Assembly: GCA_017551905.1 (NCBI GenBank)
Contig: JAFZKK010000149.1
Span: 9-64,008, forward strand
Length of the DNA stretch: 64,000 bases
Source: Salinivirgaceae bacterium
GTDB lineage: Bacteria > Bacteroidota > Bacteroidia > Bacteroidales > SZUA-534
Reading direction: 5' to 3'
In this document: positions 54,695 through 63,158 of the stretch, in pieces
Layout: every line of letters begins with the position of its first letter
How positions within the stretch are numbered: the first letter of the stretch is position 1
The notes under the pieces: generated by a model
Databases searched by the model: none
Told to the model about the DNA's origin: nothing
Seen by the model: only the letters and a program-made list of their open reading frames with translations
Translations under genes and position numbers: made by a program

Positions 54695-54824
54695 AGAAGG
54701 CATTAGGCAAAAGGCATAAGTATTTAGGAGTTAGGAATTAGTAATTAACAATGAATGCTTTAAACTTGTTCAACCTGTTCAACTTTTAAACTAAACATTA
54801 AACTCTAAACACTAAACATTTACA

Positions 54825-56516
54825 ATGTCTCTAATATCAATATATCAGGTTTTGCCGCGATTGTTCGGAAACAAGAACACGAATCCGGTTCTGAACGGCT
54901 CGCGCGAGGAGAACGGAGTGGGGAAGATGAACGATTTTACTCCGCACATTTTCAGGCAGATAAAGTCGATGGGATTTACCCACATCTGGTACACGGGGCT
55001 TATTGAGCACGCCCGTTGCACCGCCGACGAACAATTCGGCATACCGGGCGGCAATCCGCGCATAGTCAAGGGCCGCGCCGGTTCACCCTACGCCATAACC
55101 GACTATTATGACATCGACCCCGATTTGGCGGTTTCAGTGCCTAACCGCATGAAGGAATTTGCTGATTTAGTGAAGCGTACACACGCCGCCGGTCTGAAGT
55201 TCATTATCGATTTTGTGCCAAACCATGTGGCGCGTCAGTATCATTCCGATGTCAAGCCTGAAGCCGATTTCGGGCTAAACGACTGTCAGGAGTGGCACTT
55301 CTCGCCGCTCAACGACTTCTACTACACCGGTGAGCCGCTGCATCTGCCTTTCGGCTCGGGCACCAATATCGATTTGCAGACAACATACGAGGAAAATCCG
55401 GCAAAAGCCACCGGCAACGACCAGTTCTCGGCTTGGCCGTCGATTAACGACTGGTACGAGACGGTGAAGCTCAACTATGGTGTCGATTACATGAACAATC
55501 AGCACAAACAGTTTGCTCCTATGCCTGTCCTGTGGCCTAAAATGGTTGATATTCTACTCTATTGGGCGCAGAAAGGTGTCGATGCCTTCCGTTGCGACAT
55601 GGCCGAAATGGTGCCGGTTGAGTTCTGGCATTTCGCGATAGCCAAAGTTAAATCGCAATATCCTGACATTCAGTTTATTGCCGAGGTTTATAATCCGAAT
55701 ATGTATCGCGATTATATCTTCACTGGCGGATTCGATTACCTCTACGACAAGGTTGGCCTTTACGACACGCTGCGAGGCATAACTTGCTGGGGCGCACCGG
55801 CTTACGACATCACCCAGACGTGGAAAAATCTAGAGGGTATCAACAATAAGATGCTCCGTTTTTTGGAGAACCACGATGAGCAACGCATCGCCTCGCGTTT
55901 CTTTGCCGGCTGCGCCGAAAAAGCCATTCCGGCAATGCTTGTCACAGCTACAATCAACCAAGGCGCGCTGATGCTCTATTTCGGGCAGGAGGTGGGCGAA
56001 CCGGCCAATGGCGAGTCGGGCTTCAGCGGCGACGACGGGCGCACCACAATCTTCGATTATTACAACGTTCTGGCGTTTCAGCGCTGGTATAACGGCGGAA
56101 AAGCCGATGGCGTCTTGCTTAGCGACAGTGAGCGCCGGCTCCGCGATACATACGTTTCGATTTTGCGATTGGCAACCACCGAAAAATGCTTCACCGACGG
56201 AGCCTTCTACGATTTGATGTGGGCCAACAGCAATGTCGATAGCTCAAAGATTTACGCCTATCTGCGTCATACTGAGGGCGAAGCTATGCTTGTGGTTGTC
56301 AATTTTGATGCTTGCAGTGCCCGTGATTTCAACATTCATATTCCGCAGCATGCCTGGCAGACAATGGGTTTCAACACAATGGGCGAGGTGTCGGTTAGTG
56401 CTGTTTTTGGCGGCAGCCTGAGCATACGGCAATCGGCACAAAGCATCGACGAGACAGGTCTGTTCGTTCAAATGCCGCCCATGAGCGGAGTGGTGTATAA
56501 AATAAAGGAAGTCTGA
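54825..56516 (+). CDS. alpha-amylase-family glycoside hydrolase (GH13)
   Basis: GH13 regions are IIDFVPNHVA, DAFRCDMAEMV, FIAEVY and FLENHDEQR. Confidence 0.85.
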   Translation: MSLISIYQVLPRLFGNKNTNPVLNGSREENGVGKMNDFTPHIFRQIKSMGFTHIWYTGLIEHARCTADEQFGIPGGNPRIVKGRAGSPYAITDYYDIDPDLAVSVPNRMKEFADLVKRTHAAGLKFIIDFVPNHVARQYHSDVKPEADFGLNDCQEWHFSPLNDFYYTGEPLHLPFGSGTNIDLQTTYEENPAKATGNDQFSAWPSINDWYETVKLNYGVDYMNNQHKQFAPMPVLWPKMVDILLYWAQKGVDAFRCDMAEMVPVEFWHFAIAKVKSQYPDIQFIAEVYNPNMYRDYIFTGGFDYLYDKVGLYDTLRGITCWGAPAYDITQTWKNLEGINNKMLRFLENHDEQRIASRFFAGCAEKAIPAMLVTATINQGALMLYFGQEVGEPANGESGFSGDDGRTTIFDYYNVLAFQRWYNGGKADGVLLSDSERRLRDTYVSILRLATTEKCFTDGAFYDLMWANSNVDSSKIYAYLRHTEGEAMLVVVNFDACSARDFNIHIPQHAWQTMGFNTMGEVSVSAVFGGSLSIRQSAQSIDETGLFVQMPPMSGVVYKIKEV

Positions 56517-56529
56517 AAGGCGAGGAGTC

Positions 56530-56766
56530 TTATTTTGAATTGATTATCTTGATAATCTCCTCAAGACTTTTGTTCGAGTTGGGCATGATGCTTTCGGGAA
56601 CTGGCTTGCCGGTTGCCTGTGCCGCCAAATAACGCTTGCACGTTTTGTATTTTTCCGGAACCAGGCAGTACATGTTCTTGTAAGCCAAATCAGCAAAATC
56701 ATTCACAAGAACACCCTTTACAAAAATCGGGCATCTCTCAAGATTTTTACAAACATCATTCTCCAT
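56530..56766 (-). CDS. small four-cysteine hypothetical protein
   Basis: About 78 aa from MENDVCKNLERCPIF, with CX5C ... CX8C spacing. No recognised family. The start is chosen at the internal ATG. Confidence 0.4.
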   Translation of the reverse strand: MENDVCKNLERCPIFVKGVLVNDFADLAYKNMYCLVPEKYKTCKRYLAAQATGKPVPESIMPNSNKSLEEIIKIINSK

Positions 56767-56996
56767 TGTTACAACTTTTAGTTTCCCGATTACGAACATA
56801 CGAAAAAATACTATTGAGGTTACGATTTAGTCGAAAAAAACTGAATAAGATGGTTGGAAAGCCTGCATTTCGCAGGTTGACAAGAAATGTTTTTTTATGG
56901 GATACATATTTAAAAAAGAGTATTATTGTAGTTTAAAATGGAATATAGCCGGAGATATATTCAATATTCACGGCTGCAAAATTGGATTTAACAGAT

Positions 56997-58076
56997 ATGG
57001 ACGGATTCAAAAACATTGAGATTAAGAACTTCAGAGGCATTGACCATCTGACAATTGATGATTGTTCACGCGTGAATGTCTTTCTCGGGCAAAACGGTTC
57101 GGGGAAGTCATCAATCCTTGAAGCATTATTGATGATTGCAGGAATGTCAAATCCGGAACTTCCCCGAAATATCAATATGTTACGTTCAAAGGGAACATAT
57201 GGGCATTTTCTTGACGTAAGGTATATGTTTCACAATTTAATGTTAATGAATCCTCCGGAAATTTCCACAATTCAAACAAAAGGAGCGAAACGACATCTTA
57301 CTCTAAAAATGCCATTTGTTTTCGACGAACAATCTCAAACCACAACGCCGATAGGCCAAATCCAACGGTCCGACGCAATGGTTCAAGTCAATCAAGTGGA
57401 GATGAATTTTGATATTACAGAAGACGAAATCGTTAATAGGTATAAAAGCACATTGTCCTTCAACCAACAAGGTCCCATTAGGGGAAAAATTGCTGACGGA
57501 TATCAAGAAAAAATGTATGCATCACTGATTCCTGCGAATATTCCTACCGGGAATTCGACAAGTGATTTGTCGGAATTAGTAAAACGGAAAATGAAACAAT
57601 TGGTTGTTGACCGGCTTGTCTATTTTGATAATAGGATAACGACCATTGAAGTATTGTCTGACGGCGTTTTTGTTGGTATCGAAGGTGTGCCGGAATTATT
57701 ACCGGTCACAATGCACGGCGATGGTATGTTCCGTTATTTGACAATTGTGGCGGCGTCCGCCAATCCAATATCCGATGTTGTTCTGATTGACGAAATCGAA
57801 AATGGTCTGCATTATTCAGCCTACAAAAAACTCTGGGAAGCCATCTTTGCTTTGGCAACCGAAACAAACAAACAAATATTTATAACAACCCACAGCAAGG
57901 AAACTCTATACCGGTTGAACGAAATGCTTGAAGAGAAACCCTGCTACCAAGATGCATTGCGGCTATATACAATAGAGAACACCAAACTTAAAGGGCAGCA
58001 AGCATACAAATATTCCTTTGAGGAACTGAATGCCGCTTGCAAGAATGGTGTGGAAATTAGAAGTTTAGCATTATGA
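56997..58076 (+). CDS. ABC/SMC-type ATPase (AAA_21-like; AriA/OLD-family ATPase-like)
   Basis: Walker A GQNGSGKSS, signature-like HGDGMF, Walker B VVLIDEIENGLH, and His-switch ITTHS. The ATG at 56997 is preferred (the track start at 56982 is a TTG). Confidence 0.75.
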   Translation: MDGFKNIEIKNFRGIDHLTIDDCSRVNVFLGQNGSGKSSILEALLMIAGMSNPELPRNINMLRSKGTYGHFLDVRYMFHNLMLMNPPEISTIQTKGAKRHLTLKMPFVFDEQSQTTTPIGQIQRSDAMVQVNQVEMNFDITEDEIVNRYKSTLSFNQQGPIRGKIADGYQEKMYASLIPANIPTGNSTSDLSELVKRKMKQLVVDRLVYFDNRITTIEVLSDGVFVGIEGVPELLPVTMHGDGMFRYLTIVAASANPISDVVLIDEIENGLHYSAYKKLWEAIFALATETNKQIFITTHSKETLYRLNEMLEEKPCYQDALRLYTIENTKLKGQQAYKYSFEELNAACKNGVEIRSLAL

Positions 58077-58684
58077 AAGAACGTTTTCACATTATTGTTG
58101 AAGGAATTGCTGATTTAGTGTTTTTTGAACAATACTACCAACATCTGTTCGGGAAACCAGCGCCAGAAGGTTTTATTTTTAAAACTGACGGAAAAGACAA
58201 TTTGCATAAGTTTGTGAACAAGATGCGTAGTATGACGGCCAATGACGGGGTGAATCTTGTTATCTTCGATGCAGATAAAGACATAGATGCAAGGCGAAAC
58301 GAATTATTGGAGTGGAAAGAAAAAGCGGGCGTTAACTTCGAGTTGTTTTTGCTGCCAAATAACAAAAATAAAGGTGCCTTGGAAGATTTGTTGGAAAGCA
58401 TCATAAATCCGAATAACCGACCGATCTTCAATTGTTGGGAAGATTACGAAAAAGAACTTGTCAAATTAGAGATTCCTGGCCGCACACCACCGCCATTAAC
58501 CACTCCCGCCAAGAAAACAAAGATTTATGGATATTTGGAGGCATTGCTTGGACCAACGAATGACGAAAAAGAATTGATAAAAGAGCGAAATAGAGAGTAT
58601 TTCAACACAAAACATTGGAATTTGGATGCGGAGTATTTGGAGCCGTTGAGGAGGTTTTTAATTGAGCATTTAAAAGAAAACTAA
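58073..58684 (+). CDS. TOPRIM-like protein (DUF4435/DUF4276-like; AriB/OLD-nuclease-like partner of the ATPase)
   Basis: N-terminal IIVEGIADLVFF (TOPRIM Glu) and VIFDADKD (DxD). About 200 aa. The start overlaps the ATPase stop (ATGA at 58073-58076). Confidence 0.55.
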   Translation: MKERFHIIVEGIADLVFFEQYYQHLFGKPAPEGFIFKTDGKDNLHKFVNKMRSMTANDGVNLVIFDADKDIDARRNELLEWKEKAGVNFELFLLPNNKNKGALEDLLESIINPNNRPIFNCWEDYEKELVKLEIPGRTPPPLTTPAKKTKIYGYLEALLGPTNDEKELIKERNREYFNTKHWNLDAEYLEPLRRFLIEHLKEN

Positions 58685-59904
58685 TGAAAAAGAAAAACTA
58701 TACAGTAATTGACCTTTTTGCAGGGTGTGGGGGCTTATCGCTAGGCTTATATCAAGCCGGCTGGAAGGGTCTTTTTGCTATCGAAAAGAATGCATTTGCA
58801 TTTGAAACTCTGAAATACAATCTGATTGACAACAAAAAACACTTCCAATGGCCTGATTGGCTGCCTCAAAAGGAACATGACATCAATGAAGTGCTGGAAA
58901 AATATCCAAAGCAATTGGAAGCATTGCAAGGCAAGGTTGATTTGGTAGCAGGAGGACCACCTTGTCAAGGTTTTTCCATGGCAGGGAAACGTGTTGAAGA
59001 TGATGTGCGTAATCAATTAGTATTCTCGTATATTAAGTTTATCGACTTAGTGCGGCCGAAAATGATTCTTTTTGAAAATGTAAAAGGTTTTACATACGCT
59101 TTCGACAAAGGGAAATCAACTTCAACCGAGAATGAACCTTATTCTCACAAAGTAATTCGTGAATTGAGAAACTTGGGATACAATGTAAGACCCCACGTGA
59201 TTGATTTTTCTGAATACGGCGTACCACAACGCCGCAAACGTTTTATTCTTGTTGGGATTCGACAAGAATTAGGTGCACCTGAGCAATTTGAGGATTTGTT
59301 GAAAGCCAATCGCGATACTTTTTTGACAAAAAAAGGATTGAAAACAACCACCACTTTGCAAGATGCCATTTCAGACCTTTTGCGTTCCAATGGGGAAGTT
59401 TCTTCTCCAGACAGAAAAGGGTTTTATTCTGGAATATATGATAAGAAAAAACTTACGGCATACGAAAAAATAATGCGTGGAGATTACCCAAAAACACATG
59501 ATATAGCCGATAGCCATAGTTTTGCCAAACAAACACCAGATAAAATCAATTGTTACAAACGGTTGCTTGCTGAATACCCACAACGAGGTAAACGGATTGA
59601 CGGGAAATCCCGTGAGCAGTGGGGTATCAAACAACGAGGTATTACGGTGCTGGATCCCAATGCCGTTTCGCCAACCATTACGGGGCATCCTGACGATTAT
59701 CTGCACTATTGTGAGCCTCGTATCATGACCGTTCGTGAGTGCGCTCGTATCCAATCGTTTCCCGATTGGTACGAGATTAAGAAAAAGTACACCACTGGCG
59801 GCAAGATGCGCAAGTTGGAAGTTCCTCGTTATACACAAATCGGCAATGCCATTCCGCCTTTGTTTGCAGAACAAGCGGGGAATGTACTTAAAATGATGAT
59901 ATAA
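58684..59904 (+). CDS. dcm: DNA (cytosine-5)-methyltransferase
   Basis: Motif I DLFAGCGGLSLG, motif IV GGPPCQGFS, motif VI ENV, motif VIII QRRKRF, motif X GNAIPPLF. Confidence 0.95.
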   Translation: MKKKNYTVIDLFAGCGGLSLGLYQAGWKGLFAIEKNAFAFETLKYNLIDNKKHFQWPDWLPQKEHDINEVLEKYPKQLEALQGKVDLVAGGPPCQGFSMAGKRVEDDVRNQLVFSYIKFIDLVRPKMILFENVKGFTYAFDKGKSTSTENEPYSHKVIRELRNLGYNVRPHVIDFSEYGVPQRRKRFILVGIRQELGAPEQFEDLLKANRDTFLTKKGLKTTTTLQDAISDLLRSNGEVSSPDRKGFYSGIYDKKKLTAYEKIMRGDYPKTHDIADSHSFAKQTPDKINCYKRLLAEYPQRGKRIDGKSREQWGIKQRGITVLDPNAVSPTITGHPDDYLHYCEPRIMTVRECARIQSFPDWYEIKKKYTTGGKMRKLEVPRYTQIGNAIPPLFAEQAGNVLKMMI

Positions 59905-59907
59905 GAT

Positions 59908-62457
59908 ATGGCAAGTCTTCACTTTAAAACAAATGTGCAAATAAAAAGTATCATTGGTAAAGATCTTATCAATGATGATAATATTGCCATCCTTGAACTC
60001 GTCAAGAATTCCTTTGATGCAGATGCAAAACGAGTGGATATTTCATTTCTGAACCTTAAAGAAAATGACGATAGCGAAGTCGAGGAATATTCGCATAAAA
60101 CCTCGAAATTGATATTAGCTGATGATGGAGTCGGAATGGACATAGTGGATATTCGTGAGAAATGGTTAAATATCGCTTATTCCGAGAAAAAAACAAAGTC
60201 CAGACAGTATAATAGATTAATGGCTGGAGCCAAAGGTGTTGGACGTTTTTCATGTGACAGGTTAGGCAAATATCTTAATTTATACTCTACGAAAGATAGC
60301 AACACATACTATTCTTTAAAGATAGATTGGAAAAAATTTGAAATAAATGACAAAGATACAGAAATACAATCTATTGCTCTGGATTATGAAGTGTTAACTT
60401 CTTCGGAGTTATTGCAACGTGGCATCCAACCGTTTAAGCATGGTGTTGTCTTGGAGATCATAAAATTGCGCAGCAATTGGGTTGCATATGATGGCAATCG
60501 CTGGATAACAGACAAATTAACAAACTTGAAAAAGTATCTCGAAAAACTCATCAATCCCAATCAGGCATTTGAGAAGAATGATTTTGGTATATATCTAAAT
60601 GCACCAGAATTTTTGGCAGAGAATGCCGAACAGGAAGAAAATGACAAGTTTATAGGCAAAGTAGAAAATACGATTTTTCAGAAACTTGATTTTAAAACAA
60701 CAAGCATTGAGTGCAAATCAATAGAAGGTGGCTCTCAAATACAAACAACTCTTAAAGATAAAGGAGAAACTATTTATTGGATTAAGGAAGTATCGGATTA
60801 TTATCCGGCCATCAAGGATTTTAAAATCACTTTATATTTCCTTAATACTTATGCTAAAGCCTTTTTTACCAAACAAACAGGTATTCGCTCTGTTGATTAC
60901 GGTTCTATTTTTTTGTTTCTTAATGGGTTTAGAATACCTCCGTATGGAGAATTTGGCGATGATTGGTTGAAACTTGATCAAAGGCGTGCACAAGGCTATG
61001 CGCGTTTTATTAGTGCTCGTGATTTGGTTGGTCAGATAGAAATATTGGATGTAGATGAAACTTTTCAGATTGTATCCAGCAGGGAAGGATTGGTCAAAAA
61101 CGACAACTATGACATACTTACGAATAAAAAAAATGGTTTATTTTATAGGGTATTGAGACGATTGGAAAGGTATGTCGTTGATGGTTTGGATTGGGATAGT
61201 ATTCCTGAAGAAGATAGAAACAAAACGTCAGAAATCGAGAAGAAAATTATTAGTGGTGAACTTGTTGAAAAAGATTTAAAATATAAAGAAGATTCTAATA
61301 TAAAGCGACGTAGAATCTATGAAAGTATACATTATATTATTAATGCAAATCCGCAAAAGGTAATAGAATTATATATTAATGAGGACTTGATTGAGTCAAA
61401 AGTCGCAGAGGAAAAAGTGCTGGCTGAACAAGAATTTTCCCAGCTATTATCCGACTTTGAAAATAAAAAAGTATCTGGTGAACTTTTGGCACAAATATTA
61501 AGAAGAAAGGCAGAAGAGAGTGTGGAATTAGAGAAACAATTGGCTGCTTTCTCAAGATATACTACAACAGAGGCCACCTCTAAAGCTATAGCAGAGATTC
61601 AACAGTATAAAAAAACGATAGAAGAACAAACGCATGTTATTGAAGCTCTGAAAAAACAATTGGACGAAATCCAAAAGGAGATTGACGCGACAAAACAGGC
61701 TGCCCACATACGTATCTCGACTGCTGAAAAGAAGCAACAAGAAGCGGAAAGAGAGAGAGATTTGTTCAAACAAGCCAATACATACCTACAATCCACGCGA
61801 ACCATATCTGAGGAAGAAGAATCTTTTATACACATCATAAATGTCTATGCAGCAGAAATTGAACCGGCGTTTGATAAGATTGACCATATTGTAAAGTCAA
61901 ATAGTTCTATATCGAAAGAGTTTATTCTTGAGATTGGAGTCATTCGCGCTTTCTTTGATAAAATCATAAGCACAGCGAGTCTGTTGACAAAAGCTAACAT
62001 AAAAAAACTTGCAGATAAAGAGATAATAAATTTATCCGATTTTATCGTTGAATACATAAATAAGTGTTCGGAAGTTCTCTTTAGGGATATAGATTTTAAA
62101 ATCATCAATGAGAAAAATGCAGAATATTTCGGAGCATATAGTTTATTGGACATATCTGTATTGATAGATAATTTAATTAGCAATGCGAAAAAAGAGCATG
62201 CTGATAAAATACAAATAAATATCTTCCAAAAAGAGAACAAATATGTTATAGATTTTTCAGATTCTGGTAATGGAGTTTCAGACCCCACTATAGGAAAGCA
62301 CATGTTTGACATAGGTGTAACTACCCGCTATGGAGGATCTGGAATAGGCCTCGCATCAGTTAAAAAGATAGTGAACGATATGAATGGGAAAATCTCGTTC
62401 TTGGGGAATAATATATATCTCAAAGGAGCAACATTTAGAATAGAATTTGACATATGA
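59908..62457 (+). CDS. dual-GHKL protein: N-terminal MORC/Hsp90-like ATPase (HATPase_c_3-like), coiled coil, C-terminal histidine-kinase-like ATPase
   Basis: N-terminal module: ELVKNSFDADA (N-box), LADDGVGMD (G1), GAKGVGRFS (G2). Long K/E/Q-rich helical segment. C-terminal module: LIDNLISNAKKE (N-box), DFSDSGNGV (G1), GGSGIGLASVKK (G2). A candidate phospho-acceptor motif, ESFIHIINVY, lies upstream of the second module. Confidence 0.7.
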   Translation: MASLHFKTNVQIKSIIGKDLINDDNIAILELVKNSFDADAKRVDISFLNLKENDDSEVEEYSHKTSKLILADDGVGMDIVDIREKWLNIAYSEKKTKSRQYNRLMAGAKGVGRFSCDRLGKYLNLYSTKDSNTYYSLKIDWKKFEINDKDTEIQSIALDYEVLTSSELLQRGIQPFKHGVVLEIIKLRSNWVAYDGNRWITDKLTNLKKYLEKLINPNQAFEKNDFGIYLNAPEFLAENAEQEENDKFIGKVENTIFQKLDFKTTSIECKSIEGGSQIQTTLKDKGETIYWIKEVSDYYPAIKDFKITLYFLNTYAKAFFTKQTGIRSVDYGSIFLFLNGFRIPPYGEFGDDWLKLDQRRAQGYARFISARDLVGQIEILDVDETFQIVSSREGLVKNDNYDILTNKKNGLFYRVLRRLERYVVDGLDWDSIPEEDRNKTSEIEKKIISGELVEKDLKYKEDSNIKRRRIYESIHYIINANPQKVIELYINEDLIESKVAEEKVLAEQEFSQLLSDFENKKVSGELLAQILRRKAEESVELEKQLAAFSRYTTTEATSKAIAEIQQYKKTIEEQTHVIEALKKQLDEIQKEIDATKQAAHIRISTAEKKQQEAERERDLFKQANTYLQSTRTISEEEESFIHIINVYAAEIEPAFDKIDHIVKSNSSISKEFILEIGVIRAFFDKIISTASLLTKANIKKLADKEIINLSDFIVEYINKCSEVLFRDIDFKIINEKNAEYFGAYSLLDISVLIDNLISNAKKEHADKIQINIFQKENKYVIDFSDSGNGVSDPTIGKHMFDIGVTTRYGGSGIGLASVKKIVNDMNGKISFLGNNIYLKGATFRIEFDI

Positions 62458-63158
62458 GAACACATTGCTTAATAATAGATGATGATAATCAGGAAGAATA
62501 TTTCAATACTCATGTGCAGCGCGTATTAGGAGCTGAAGGTATTGAAGTCGTTCCTGTTTTTATCAAACCTACAGAGCGAAAATACATAAAACCAGACCAT
62601 TCCGGTTTGGATATAGATTCCATTATTTCGGATTGTAATAACTTGATAGAAACATTAGATGTATCCATCATTGTTTCTGATTATAAGATTGCCACAAGAA
62701 AAGATTCTTTTACTGGTGTGGATATAGTTTTAGCTCTTATAGAAAGATATCCCCAAATTTATAAGATATTATATTCTGCCACAATTAAAGATGCCATTAA
62801 ACAAGTCTTATCATTATTGCCTGCGAAAGCTAAAATTGATGATATAGATGTCGATAAAGTTATTGAAGATTTGGCAAGGATAGCCAAAATAAATGATTTT
62901 GTCAGTGGTAAAGGGTATGAGCAGAAACTAATAAAACATCTTCGCAATCCGGAAATACAATATAAGCAGCATTTAATCAATGTTCTTAAAGAATGTGCCC
63001 CAGATATTGTATTTAAATCATGTTATCCTCCGTTTGTTGGAAAGACATTAAAGGAAATTGGGAAAGAAATAGAATCTGATACACTCCAAGGACGTGAATT
63101 TCAGGAAGAATTGATTCGTCAAACACTTGCATATATAGTAGCCGTCAATCATGAGTAA
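62454..63158 (+). CDS. receiver-like (REC-fold) protein with uncharacterised helical C-terminal half
   Basis: CLIIDDD (beta1 acidic cluster), SIIVSDYKI (candidate phospho-acceptor Asp76, nt 62679-62681), KILYSAT (beta4 Ser/Thr). The start overlaps the upstream stop (ATGA). Confidence 0.45.
   Translation: MRTHCLIIDDDNQEEYFNTHVQRVLGAEGIEVVPVFIKPTERKYIKPDHSGLDIDSIISDCNNLIETLDVSIIVSDYKIATRKDSFTGVDIVLALIERYPQIYKILYSATIKDAIKQVLSLLPAKAKIDDIDVDKVIEDLARIAKINDFVSGKGYEQKLIKHLRNPEIQYKQHLINVLKECAPDIVFKSCYPPFVGKTLKEIGKEIESDTLQGREFQEELIRQTLAYIVAVNHE

Noticed and set aside
52538-54703. A 721-aa ORF on the minus strand spanning almost exactly the glgB locus.
   Set aside because: The + strand translation carries all four GH13 conserved regions (DLVHSH, GFRFDGV, AEE, ESHDQ). 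The minus-strand product is low-information (R/H/V/A-rich) with no motifs. It is a shadow ORF of a codon-biased gene.
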